A stretch of 64,000 nucleotides of DNA, counting the filler, from Stramenopiles sp. TOSAG23-3 (Eukaryota): NCBI GenBank assembly GCA_900128585.1. It is 18 parts of 18 records of this genome, joined end to end, with 100 filler letters (N's around TTAATTAATTAA, not from the genome) between each part and the next. Parts side by side here need not be neighbours in the genome. Positions count along the whole stretch, not along the records: positions 32,150 to 35,615 come from LT644206.1; positions 35,716 to 39,180 come from LT644207.1; positions 39,281 to 42,744 come from LT644208.1; positions 42,845 to 46,308 come from LT644209.1; 14 more parts are not named here. One strand, 5' to 3'. Position 1 is the first letter of the stretch. Each line of letters begins with the position of its first letter. The notes beneath the pieces are model-generated. The model made no database searches, had not been told where the DNA came from, and worked only from the letters and a program-made list of their open reading frames with translations. The translations under genes and the position numbers were made by a program. Shown piece by piece: positions 34,011 through 44,665 of this stretch.

Positions 34011-35377
34011 AAAGAGAAACATTGAACCTGGGACGAAAAATGAGTGGTTCTTTGCTAACAAGACAAAACAGTATGAGGGAAAAGATTTCAGACTCCCCTG
34101 TTCTTGTTATTGTGCGCATTCGCCCTTTGAGCGAAACAGAGCAAAAACATGGGGAACAAGAGTGCGTCCAGACTTTGACAAAATCTACGCTAAGGATTCG
34201 GTCCTCTGAAAACGACGACTCATTGACTCGGCGGCGCACAAAAGGCATTGGGCACACAAACAAATTGACGAGTCATCTGTTCAAGTACGATTCGATATTG
34301 AACTGCCAAGCGTCCCAAGACCGGACCTACGGGGTCACAGCGCACTTGTTGGTCGACAAGGTCTTAGAAGGCTTCAACTCTACAATATTTGCCTACGGTC
34401 AAACGGGTGCCGGGAAAACGCACACCATGATGGGGAGCAAGAGCGATCCTGGGGTCATGCTGAGCATGACAGAAGAAATTATGGAACGGTTGAACCTTTC
34501 AGACTCTATTCAAGCCTCATTCATTGAAATTTACGACGAAAAAATCTACGACCTGTGGACCTACCACACGCCATATAAGAAAGGAAAGCAAGGGCTTCGC
34601 AGGTCGGGCCATCAAGGCCCTGTAATATTGGAAACCCCGGGGGGAGGCATTGTGCTTCAAAACACTAGAAAACGAACAATAAACAGCATTGGAGAGCTTA
34701 AAGAATATATCTGGGGCGGCTTTCACCAGCGCACTTCCCGGGCCACAAAAATGAACGCAGACTCGTCCAGGTCCCACGCCATTCTCATCCTTTACGTAAA
34801 AACAAAGCATGGAACGGTCAAGGTAAACTTGTGTGATCTAGCCGGCAGTGAACGACAAAAGAAGACTGGCGCAACCGGCCGGGCGCTGCGGGAGGCTGTC
34901 TCAATTAACCAGTCTCTGAGCTCGCTGGGTACTGTTGTCCTCGCTCTTACGAACAGGAAAATGCACATTCCGTACCGCAACTCTATCCTGACCCGCATGC
35001 TCCAAGACTCGCTCGGAGGCAATGCCTACACGATGATAATTGCAAACGTTAGCCCCGCCGCCGCGAGCTACGAGGAGACCCTGTCAACCTTGCGATTTGC
35101 ATCTCGAGTAAAGAATGTAAAAAATGCACCTTTGAAAGCCGTCGTTGCCCCCCCAACGCTGCGAACACTGCTCGCAAAAAACAGATACTTGGAAGCAAAA
35201 GTGAACGAGTTAGAACAGAAGTTAAAGGAGGCAGAAGGAAGCAAGTATGTGTGCGATCAGTGCGGGCACGAATCAACGCGAGTACATAACATTTCTACGA
35301 AGCCAACACCGCCAAGTCTTCGAAAAAAATCAATTGATTTGTTTCGAAGAAGTATGAGCAGCGATGGGGAAGATTGA
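33986..35377 (+). CDS. Second kinesin motor domain with short C-terminal coiled coil; frame open upstream through the A8 run
   Basis: VIVRIRP, FAYGQTGAGKTHTM, MNADSSRSHA, DLAGSER, INQSLSSLG, HIPYRNS.LTRMLQDSLGGN, ETLSTLRFA. Confidence 0.9.
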   Translation: MPPPIEALKRETLNLGRKMSGSLLTRQNSMREKISDSPVLVIVRIRPLSETEQKHGEQECVQTLTKSTLRIRSSENDDSLTRRRTKGIGHTNKLTSHLFKYDSILNCQASQDRTYGVTAHLLVDKVLEGFNSTIFAYGQTGAGKTHTMMGSKSDPGVMLSMTEEIMERLNLSDSIQASFIEIYDEKIYDLWTYHTPYKKGKQGLRRSGHQGPVILETPGGGIVLQNTRKRTINSIGELKEYIWGGFHQRTSRATKMNADSSRSHAILILYVKTKHGTVKVNLCDLAGSERQKKTGATGRALREAVSINQSLSSLGTVVLALTNRKMHIPYRNSILTRMLQDSLGGNAYTMIIANVSPAAASYEETLSTLRFASRVKNVKNAPLKAVVAPPTLRTLLAKNRYLEAKVNELEQKLKEAEGSKYVCDQCGHESTRVHNISTKPTPPSLRKKSIDLFRRSMSSDGED

Positions 35378-35536
35378 ATTACGAAATACTTCGTAGTAAA
35401 AATGGACGCTTAAAAAACAAGAGAGGTTTGCCTAGAATTAGCTTTTTTCCTTCTATAGTATAAGTTTTCACAATCACCGACGACCACCATCCTTGTTGTG
35501 CTCTTTCCTTCTTCATCAGAAGAGATCAAAAAATAA

Positions 35537-35615
35537 TTAAACTTTCGTACATGGTCATATTGTCTGTCATATTGTAATAAATACAGAGTAGTACCGTACC
35601 GGTACCAGTATGAAT
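35537..35615 (-). repeat. 79-bp perfect inverted repeat, right copy
   Basis: Exact reverse complement of 32150-32228. Confidence 0.95.
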
Positions 35616-35805
35616 NNNNNNNNNNNNNNNNNNNNNNNNNNNNNNNNNNNNNNNNNNNNTTAATTAATTAANNNNNNNNNNNNNNNNNNNNNNNNNNNNN
35701 NNNNNNNNNNNNNNNGGTGGAAGAGGAACGGAAAAATAAAGTACGATTTGCCAGGTGTAGTGTTATATCATTTCCACTGAGTCTTTACTTTTGGTATTGG
35801 AGAGA

Positions 35806-36924
35806 ATGGCCGAGAGCTCCTCCTCCCCGTCCGCGGCCAACGGCAACGGAGGGGATAGTGCCAGTGCGAACATAGACGCTTTTGACGACATAGCTGCCCT
35901 TGCAACGGTGAATATGAAGACCCTAGTGGAAAATCAGAGTGATATTGAAGCAGGTTTATCGGGGGTGTGCGCAGGGTTTGACGATCGATTGAAGGCACTG
36001 TCGCGTGTTGAGAATTTGTTTTATAGCCTGCACGGCGAGTTTCAGTCGCTTGAGCAGCACGATATAGACGCGGTGCAAAGGCTTGCTGACGTTGAAGGCA
36101 GCCGCGATAGGCTGAAGGAGCGCCTTGAGAAAACAACGGGGGCTTTAGGAAAAGAAGAAACATCCCGGTGGAAATCACAGGTAGAGAACGAAGATTTGAA
36201 GAGAGAGGTCGCAAGGCTGACGAAAGAGGCCGATAGGTTGGGAAAGATGCTCGAGGAAGAAATAGTTGCAAAGGAACAGGCGCACGCTCAGCTAGAAACT
36301 TACTCCGACTCGAAGGAGACAGACAGCGCCTTGGTCAAACGGTTGCGGGATCAACTCAAACAGTCGATGCCAGCGTCTCAGGTTCAGCAACTGCTCCAGG
36401 CAGCAGAGGCCCGTGTGGGACAAATATGTGATAGTACCAAACGCAAGCTGAACAAGATGCAGGTGGAGCTGGCCAAAAAGCAAATGGAAAACAAAAAGTT
36501 ACGGGATCAGCTGGAGAAAGCAAGTGTCGAAAAAGTAGACGGTCGGTTGAAGGACGAAATATTGTTGCGCAAACGTGCAGAAGCCCGCGCAAATGACGCC
36601 GTCAAGAAGGCGAAAATACTGGAAGAACGATGCAATGCCGTAGAAAACGAAACCGGGGCCTTGAGGCAGATGTTGAAAGAAGCCAAAGAAGGCCTTGGGG
36701 TCATGCGGACAATTGCCAGGATACGAGACACGGACGTTCGCGGGCAAGGGACATCGATCGGCTTTGACGCAGTGGCAAAAAAAATTGATCGTGTAACAAG
36801 CCATGTAAATGCTCGAGCAGTAAAAGCCAAGCAGCAGAAAAATAAATCCACGACGAGCGGAAGACTGCTTGTGCCAACCGCGCCAAAAATGAGGAAAAAA
36901 ACTCATCATCGACCAGAAATTTAA
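35806..36924 (+). CDS. Coiled-coil protein
   Basis: Long heptad-rich E/K/R/L sequence. Confidence 0.75.
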   Translation: MAESSSSPSAANGNGGDSASANIDAFDDIAALATVNMKTLVENQSDIEAGLSGVCAGFDDRLKALSRVENLFYSLHGEFQSLEQHDIDAVQRLADVEGSRDRLKERLEKTTGALGKEETSRWKSQVENEDLKREVARLTKEADRLGKMLEEEIVAKEQAHAQLETYSDSKETDSALVKRLRDQLKQSMPASQVQQLLQAAEARVGQICDSTKRKLNKMQVELAKKQMENKKLRDQLEKASVEKVDGRLKDEILLRKRAEARANDAVKKAKILEERCNAVENETGALRQMLKEAKEGLGVMRTIARIRDTDVRGQGTSIGFDAVAKKIDRVTSHVNARAVKAKQQKNKSTTSGRLLVPTAPKMRKKTHHRPEI

Positions 36925-37468
36925 AAAATGCATTCCCCTCTTCTTTTTTTGTTTAGTTTATTAATATGATTTGATGATGATATAAAAAAATAATTATTAT
37001 TATTTTATAATAAAATATAATTAATACACCACACACCACCACCACGATTATTTTATTTATTAATATCATTATTTATTATTTATTATATTATTATTATTAT
37101 TAATTATATTTTATTATTTTTTTTTTTTTATAATATTCAAAATATTATAATAATGTAGTAGTGGTATTATTATATAATAATAATAACTACCGGTACCGGT
37201 ACCGCGATACTTCGATACTTCTTCTTCTTCTTTCTTCTTCTCGCGGCGTCGTTCTAGGTTTTTTTCTCTCTCTCCCCCTCTTCTTTTTTTGCCTTTTGGG
37301 TTTATTATATGAAACAGGACTGGTAGGTTAAGAAAAAACTTTACCGTTGTTGTTTTTGGTGGCGAAACGAACTTTTTAAATGAATAACCGTTTGAGCCTG
37401 AACAATTTGTTTTTCTTCACACTGAAAAGACTGGGGATTCGATCGTTTGTAGCCCTGGGAGGTTAGGC

Positions 37469-39180
37469 ATGCCCGTCGTAAACGTGATCGACTGGTGGTC
37501 TTCCGTGAAGGAAGCCCTGGACGGTCAGGGCAGGAATGGTGTGGCTACTTCCACTCCTGACGGGTGGGCCCGCCGCCGCTCCGTTGCTAGTGCCGAATCC
37601 CGACTACGGGTAGTTCTTTTTCGTAGTTTGCATGCCTTGCATCAGATGGAGGCGAAAATAGGAAATTTTTCCACTTTTGGTTTGTTTGTAGATTCCACAG
37701 TAGGGACCGTCGAGGTCACTCAAGTGGACGAAATCAGCCCGCTCGGTTCCCCGCTCCACTCCCCGGAAGTGTACAGCATGTTTCTGAAACGGGGTTCGTT
37801 TGGGCCTGTCTCTCGCCCATTTGCAGCAAAGAGTAGAAGTTGGGCGTTTGGTATCCTGGCATCCACGCTACTTGGCGCCCCGCCGCCATGGAACTTGTCG
37901 CAACGGCGAGGGGAGGAGCGCGAAACGTTGAAAAGTATATTGAAAGTTGCCATAGAACATAAAGAGGGCTCTCTTTCGGACGTTCTGTTTACGGAAGTGT
38001 TGAAAACAACCGTGAGCCCAGGCCTGACTGATCTTATTAGAGAATGTTTGTGGATTGATCCGATTCGGAGGGCATCCGTAAGGGAGTTGTTGCACCACCC
38101 CTACTTTCGAAAAATGAAGTCGAGCCATGTGTCTGGACGGTCATGGCAGAAAGTCCCTGTTGTATTGACCGTGGACAGCGGTGCTGCCCAGGCTGCTGCC
38201 AGTACCGACCGGAGCACAGAGCAGTTGTGCGTGCCACTATACTATTCATTCAAAGAATTAGATGGAGGGGACACGTCTTTGTCGAAAAAACCCCGAGTGT
38301 CGTTGAAGCCAACATCCGCCTCGCCCACGGTGTTGATGCTTCCGTCGTATTTGGATGGGGCGGAGGGGGGGGACAAGAGTGTGCCTGCTGAGAATCTATC
38401 GCTGCAGAATGGGCCCAATTCTGTCGAAAGAGCGTTGGACACTTTAAGGCAGGTGCACGTTGATAAAAATGCCCTTAAGAAGTACCAGGGGGTGTACGTG
38501 GAGCTCCGGGACCTTTTGCAGCGCAGCGACGAGGCCACAAGTGTTGGTGACTTGGACGAATGGAAAGAGAAAGTTGTCCCGCGACTGTCATGGCATATGA
38601 TCAAATTTGGTATCCCAAATCATTTTCGTCCGGCCGCCTGGGTGTCTGCATTAGGCATAAACGAAAAGCACTCTGTTTGGACGTACCCTAGAAAGATAAG
38701 ACGGGCAAATCGAATGCTCTCCACCAAAACTAGTGCCAGCAAGCGGGTCAAGAACTTGGAGCGACAGCTGAAGAAAGACTTACCGCGTTGCCACAGGTAC
38801 CACCATGTGATGCGGCTGCCTCGAGTGCAGTTTCTGATGAAGCGGATGTTGTGTGCTTGGGTGTTTGATTCCCCTGGTCGAGTGTACTGGCAAGGTTTGG
38901 ATTCGTTGTGCGCTGTTTTTGCGGTTACCTTTGTAGAAAAAGAGCCAACGGCGTATGCCTGCATGGATGAATTTTTGTCTAGGCTGCTACCGAATATTTT
39001 TGTAGACGACAATAGTGAGGCCTTGCAAGAGCGTTTGCTGCGATTGCAGCAATGGACTGGGCTCCTGGACCCAGAGCTGGCCCAACACTTTGCATCCGTT
39101 GGCGTAACCCCGAACTTGTACGCTATCCCTTGGCTGATGACGCTGTTTGCACATATTTTCCCGCTTGATTTGTTGTTCAA
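37469..39180 (+). CDS. TBCK: TBC domain-containing kinase-like protein; 3'-truncated, start uncertain
   Basis: Degenerate kinase C-lobe (SPE, WAFGI, IRECL..DP.RR.S..ELL.HPYF) followed by TBC domain DLPRCHRYH...AWV...VYWQGLDSLCAVF...PNLYAIPWLMTLFAHIFPL. Confidence 0.88.
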
Positions 39181-39343
39181 NNNNNNNNNNNNNNNNNNNN
39201 NNNNNNNNNNNNNNNNNNNNNNNNTTAATTAATTAANNNNNNNNNNNNNNNNNNNNNNNNNNNNNNNNNNNNNNNNNNNNATCCACGCCGAGTTGAAATA
39301 AATGGTGTGCACCGAAGGTTGCGTATACTTTACTTGTTGATTG

Positions 39344-40087
39344 ATGGCGACAGTTTCGGACGACACGGCAAATGCGGGGACGACTCCCGTGGAAATGAGT
39401 CCACGTGTTCTCCACCAAACTGACCGTTCCTTGATAGTGTACTTCAAGAAATTTCTGAGTTTTGAAATGCAGAAAACATTGCTTGAAGGCACTTCCAAGT
39501 CAATTGAGTGGCGAAAAGAAGTGGACGATTTCGGTGTTCAAGACAGAGAATCTTTTTATATGGGTGACGACCCATCTTGTATATTTAGCTACGTTGGGTT
39601 GGAACTGACCCCGAACGAATGGAACTTAGATTGTCGAACCGTGAGGGATATGCTTAACGCAAGCATAGCGCCTTACGTCTCCAAACGTTTGCAGATAGAA
39701 GAGAAGGAGTGCCGCGTAACCGCTTGCCTTATGAATTACTATCGCAAGGGCGAGGGTATGATACCATGGCATTGGGACGAAGTGCGAGCGCATGGAATTG
39801 GAAAAGTTGTAGCGTCCGTGTCCTTAGGCGGACCGCGTCCGTTTGAACTGAAAACAAGGTGCGCCGTCGATATCAATGACGGCCGTGGTGATGGTGACCA
39901 AGTTACAAATATTTTATCGCTAACGTTAGAGCCTGGATCGGTGTTGTTAATGGCGGGAGATGCGCAGGAAGAATATTTACATCGTCTTCCTTTGCCCGAT
40001 GATGCACCTGAGCGCATTTCTCTGACGATGCGTTCCATTGTCCCCGGGTTCGAGACAGGTTTGAAAAAAAAGAAAGTGAATGCATGA
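39344..40087 (+). CDS. AlkB-family 2OG-Fe(II) dioxygenase (ALKBH2/3-like)
   Basis: CLMNYYR.G...IPWHWDE, VASVSLG..R.F, L.PGSVLLMAG..Q..YLH, RISLTMR. Confidence 0.9.
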   Translation: MATVSDDTANAGTTPVEMSPRVLHQTDRSLIVYFKKFLSFEMQKTLLEGTSKSIEWRKEVDDFGVQDRESFYMGDDPSCIFSYVGLELTPNEWNLDCRTVRDMLNASIAPYVSKRLQIEEKECRVTACLMNYYRKGEGMIPWHWDEVRAHGIGKVVASVSLGGPRPFELKTRCAVDINDGRGDGDQVTNILSLTLEPGSVLLMAGDAQEEYLHRLPLPDDAPERISLTMRSIVPGFETGLKKKKVNA

Positions 40088-40100
40088 GACGTAGTCGTTC

Positions 40101-40150
40101 TAAAAACAAGAAAATTGGCTGTTATTTTTAAAAGTAATTAAAATTTAGCT
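40101..40150 (+). repeat. 3'-flank repeat motif copy starting 14 nt after the AlkB stop
   Basis: TAAAAACAAGAAAATTGGCTGTTATTTTTAAAAGTAATTAAAATTTAGCT. Confidence 0.9.
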
Positions 40151-40390
40151 TTAGTCTAATTCGTTCTTCCTCTTGTGGTCGGTCTATCTACGCCAATTGG
40201 ATAGGCATACGATGGTTTCGAAAACGATACATATGTAAACTGTAACCCAACATACTATATATTTTGTTTTTTTTGTAAACTGTAATTTGAAAGAAACTAC
40301 AGGCAATAATTCGTCGTTTTCCGAGGACTAGTTGTAAGTTTAGATGAAAATAATATATGGTGATATATATTTTGTGATAGCCTCTTCATA

Positions 40391-41596
40391 TCATAGGCTT
40401 TCCAATACTTTTTCGATGTCGCCCGACAGCTCATTAATTTCATTCAAGGTAGACTTGGCTTCAAATTCGTAGAGGGTGTCTGCTTCCGCAGTCCCGGGGA
40501 CGAGGAACGGGTGATTTTCCCAGTAGTTTGGCTCCCCTTCGACGGTCCATGATAACCGTCGCATGGAGGCAAATGCCGCTTTGTACCTTGCCAGCGAGAG
40601 GAGGATTACTCTCAACTCTTCTGCAGACTCGACACCATTGAAGGGGCGGAACGCTCTGCTATGTTGCGAGCGCAACTTTTCCGCCGTCACTGCCTTCAAT
40701 CCTTCTTCCGTTCGATGTTTTTCATCCTCGTTGTTGGGCGGGTGCACCCGCCTGAATTCGTCCGACAAGACTTCTTTATCAATGTCACTAAGTTCAGCTC
40801 CAAACACTATGTCCGACAAACCGTTTATTTCCTCGGGACTCAAGTCTAGATTGTCCGTATCGCTAGAGAGGCCCCTGGACGATTTTATGTACTTTTCGAT
40901 TGCGCTGAAGTAGAATTTTTCTGCAATCAACGAATCATCAGCTTTGCTTTTGTGAAAATCGAACGCTTTCAGCAGTTCGGCGTAGTGACGGCTTTTGTTT
41001 TCACCCGGTTGAAACCACAAATGCAATTGCTTTCCACTCGCGTCGCTGCCCCACGATAACGCTGAGTGGGGAGTAGCAGGAGCAGTGCGGTAACTGTTGC
41101 CTTGGTGTGAGACAGCGCGTATCTGTTCCTTCACCCCTTCCAGCAAAGACTGAAAATCCTTGTTCGGAAACGTGCGGTGGTTAATTCTCTCCTTTAACAT
41201 CCTGTGCAGGTTCGCAGCAAAGTACGCCTTTGCACTCAAAGGAAAGTCCCCCATTTCTTCCATAAAGACGGCATGCGCGTCGGCCAAGCCGGACAAGATC
41301 GTAGAACTTAGATTCGCAGTCCCATCGAGCTCTCGCTTTTTCATGAATTCTTTCTCTACCTTTGCATGAGAATACCGTTCATTCACGTCCCATGCATCTT
41401 TCTGAGCAAAGAACTCATCCTCGTTCGGTCTTGGGCGCAAGTTGGCACGGTCCAGAACGAGCTTTCTCTGCTTTGCACTGTCACAATCCAACTGGTGCAG
41501 AAAGAAAAGCAAATTTCTTTTCGTATCCACCGTCGACGTTACTTTTCGGTTTCGCACGAACTGTTCCTCATGCTGCGCCTCCTTGGTAATGTCCAT
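40391..41596 (-). CDS. Hypothetical protein
   Basis: ~400-codon GC-balanced ORF; no recognised motif. Confidence 0.7.
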   Translation of the reverse strand: MDITKEAQHEEQFVRNRKVTSTVDTKRNLLFFLHQLDCDSAKQRKLVLDRANLRPRPNEDEFFAQKDAWDVNERYSHAKVEKEFMKKRELDGTANLSSTILSGLADAHAVFMEEMGDFPLSAKAYFAANLHRMLKERINHRTFPNKDFQSLLEGVKEQIRAVSHQGNSYRTAPATPHSALSWGSDASGKQLHLWFQPGENKSRHYAELLKAFDFHKSKADDSLIAEKFYFSAIEKYIKSSRGLSSDTDNLDLSPEEINGLSDIVFGAELSDIDKEVLSDEFRRVHPPNNEDEKHRTEEGLKAVTAEKLRSQHSRAFRPFNGVESAEELRVILLSLARYKAAFASMRRLSWTVEGEPNYWENHPFLVPGTAEADTLYEFEAKSTLNEINELSGDIEKVLESL

Positions 41597-42004
41597 TTTG
41601 TCACAATTTAAATACCTTATGCAGCAAGTGCGTTTAAAATGAGGCCTGCAAGTTGGACAAGCAGGAAGAGATGCTGGTAAAGGATTTTGCATCTCGCGTA
41701 TAAGTATAGTGTCTACGTAATTAAAAAAACCCAAAATGATGTTCCACACATTCGTTCTCTATAAGAATTTTTTACAAAAATATTATTATATTTTGTTGTT
41801 CAACAATATATTATTATACCTATAATACTATGATGAAGATAGCTGGGCTATTACTATATTATTATACTACAGTAATGATATTTTAATAATAGCTCACAAT
41901 AATAATAATAGAAAATTATCTGATTTAGCTATGAGAGATACATTTCTAATATTATAGGTATGATAGGAAAATTTGACGAAATAATAAATGCAACGAGAAT
42001 TGTC

Positions 42005-42297
42005 CGAGACCCACCGTCTATCTTAAAATGCCGACTCCCGCTCGCTGCCGTGAGTGTAGAGTACACCGTCTCTTTCCCCGTCACCGTCAAGTCCCCGGAA
42101 ACGGAGACTTCACCGGTCATCGTACAGCCCGTGCTTCGATTAAAGGTTCCATTTGTCGCGGCGCAGTCCCACTCATCTCCCAGGACAGGGCACACTGCCA
42201 ATAAAGACAGTGCAATATAACCAACCAACACACAACGAAACCACCGGATACGCGGAAAGAAGGCGGCCCGCCGCCACGGCCACCATCCCCACCACAT
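42005..42297 (-). pseudogene. N-terminal fragment of a secreted/surface protein, cut off by AT-rich repeat sequence
   Basis: Signal peptide then EWDCAATNGTF..STGCTM...LTAASGSRHFKI; composition drops abruptly to AT-rich at ~42005. Confidence 0.5.
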
Positions 42298-43398
42298 ACT
42301 CTCCTCAATACGGCAAACAAAAAAAATGAAAAATTAATTTCTTCTCTCACAATTTTAAATATAAAAAACGATATACAATCTACACAAATTATCTTGTTCC
42401 TTCTCCTTAACCTGGAAAATTCACTCATTTTCTACATTCATTCAAGAAAGTCCATTCAAGTCAATATAGTTTCCTTTATTTATTCCAATACTAATAATAA
42501 TAATAATAAAAAATAATATAAATCTATCAGATTTTCTACTACTTATTACTACTATAAAATAGAAATAATATTACATTTTATAATAGATGGCTATAAGTTA
42601 CATCATGAGAAATCATAAGGAATGACTCAAAATTAACGAAAAACACAAGGAAATTTTGACGAAAGTAAATGCAACGTATCGTCCGAGACAGATGGATAAA
42701 AACAATCCGAAAAAATAAAAGTTTAAAGGAAGAAAAGTACTTTANNNNNNNNNNNNNNNNNNNNNNNNNNNNNNNNNNNNNNNNNNNNTTAATTAATTAA
42801 NNNNNNNNNNNNNNNNNNNNNNNNNNNNNNNNNNNNNNNNNNNNAGAAGAAGAAGAAGAAGAAGAAGAAGAAGAAGAAGAAGAAGAAGAAGAAGAAGAAG
42901 AAGAAAGAAGAAGAAGAAAGAAGCGAAGTAAAATCTATTATTGTATATAGATTTAGCAGGGATTTAGCAGGGGATAAATAACGACATTTTTAATAATTAT
43001 TTCATTCTTCTTTTCTTTTTCAAAAATAGAAGAAGAAGAAAAGAAGAGAGGAGAAAGACGATGATAGAAGAAGAAGGATGAAGAAGAAGTGGAAAGTCCC
43101 ATTATTGGAAGTGGAAAGAGAAAGTAAGTACGTTCGTACGAAGATTTGTTTTTGTTTTATAAATGTAGAGCTCTATGTATTAAAATGTTAATCTAGATTT
43201 AATGTGTAAGAAAAATACCGTGTAGCGTTAGAGGGTTTCATTTTAATATTTAAACCAACGTTTTCATTCTCAGGTTGCTTTCGTGTTGTTTGTTTGTGAG
43301 TGACGAATTTTGGTTTTCATTTCGGGTGTATATACTACTGTACTTACTTTTCGAGTACTAACCAAAACATACCACCCACTACTTACTTACCTACTATT

Positions 43399-44301
43399 AT
43401 GGGGGAACCGGACTATGCGTTGGCCTTTACTTTGGTCGTTATTGCCGGTATGTCGACGTGCATCGGGGCAAGTTTTGTCCTCTTTGAGCGTTGCACAAAG
43501 CTTTCGGACAAGAAAGTTCTTGCGAGTTCCTTGGCACTTTCTGCGGGGGTCATGATATACGTTTCGTTCGTCGAAATATTTCAAAAGTCCTTGGGCGCCT
43601 TTACGGAGCAGGGCCTGGAATGGGCCTACGGTGCGGCCACCTTGTGTTTTTTCTCGGGCTTTGCGCTGACAGCCATGCTAGACGTGTGCGTTGCCAAAAT
43701 AGCCCGTCGGGCGGGGGCTGAAGGGCACGGCCACAGTCACGGCGGCACCCCACCGGGCGGGGAGCCGGCCGTGGCCTCGAAGTCCGAAGTCGAGCTAGTC
43801 GAAGGCGGGGAGGGCGGCGCCCCTGAGACGAAGGATGACGAGCTCAAGCAGTTGGAAAAGACCGGGGTGCTCGTAGCGTTGGCATTGGGGCTTCACAACC
43901 TCCCCGAGGGCCTGGTCACCTTTGTTGCGACCCTGGCAGACCCAGCGGTGGGGGTGTCGCTGTGCATCGCCATCGCAATCCACAATGTCCCAGAGGGCGT
44001 GTGCGTAGCGATGCCCATCTTTTACTCCACCGGTAGCCGAAAGAAGGCGTTTCTGTACTCCTTCATCTCCGGCCTTGCGGAGCTTGTAGGAGCGCTCATA
44101 GGGTGGGCTTTCATTAGCGCCACCGGAAACGCTGCGTTTGGGGTAGTCTTTGGGGTCGTCGGCGGGATGATGATTTACATCTGCCTAAGCGAGCTTCTCC
44201 CAACCGCGTTTCGATACGACCCCACAAACCAGTTCGTCACCAACTACGTGCTCTTGGGAATGCTAATCATGGCGTTGAGCCTGGTCCTGTTCAGTGTGTA
44301 A
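43399..44301 (+). CDS. ZIP-family (ZupT/GufA-like) metal transporter
   Basis: SAGVMIYVSFVEI, HGHSHG loop, LHNLPEG, IAIHNVPEG, GGMMIYICLSELLPTA. Confidence 0.95.
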   Translation: MGEPDYALAFTLVVIAGMSTCIGASFVLFERCTKLSDKKVLASSLALSAGVMIYVSFVEIFQKSLGAFTEQGLEWAYGAATLCFFSGFALTAMLDVCVAKIARRAGAEGHGHSHGGTPPGGEPAVASKSEVELVEGGEGGAPETKDDELKQLEKTGVLVALALGLHNLPEGLVTFVATLADPAVGVSLCIAIAIHNVPEGVCVAMPIFYSTGSRKKAFLYSFISGLAELVGALIGWAFISATGNAAFGVVFGVVGGMMIYICLSELLPTAFRYDPTNQFVTNYVLLGMLIMALSLVLFSV

Positions 44302-44504
44302 ACGAGGGTGGGGCGTCTGTAACAACAGTTTTTCAAAGGTTTCTATATACCAAGTACCACAGATTAATGTTAAAAATTACTATATAAAAAAAAACAAATT
44401 ATATAGAAAAATGGCAGCAAGGCAGCATGCAATATTTCAAAAGAAAATATGATAATGGCTGTTATGATATAATATCATATGATAATATTTATTTAAAAAA
44501 AAAA

Positions 44505-44661
44505 AAAAATTGGCTGTTAATACCAAGAAGGCATTAAACAAGAAAATTGGCTGTTATTTTATAAGGCTGTTGTTGAAAAAGTAAAATTAAAATTTATCTT
44601 CTTCATATTAGAGTGTATTTTAAAAATTAAAAATTTCAAAAACAAAAATTTGGCTAATATT
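44505..44661 (+). repeat. Cluster of three 3'-flank repeat motif copies
   Basis: AAAATTGGCTGTTAA; AAACAAGAAAATTGGCTGTTATTTT; AAAACAAAAATTTGGCTAATATTT. Confidence 0.85.
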
Positions 44662-44665
44662 TACA

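Noticed and set aside
43399-44301. ZupT-like transporter (and the MaoC gene) as bacterial contamination or recent HGT
   Set aside because: Both families are common in protists, and the flanks carry the same microsatellites and repeat motifs as the other contigs.
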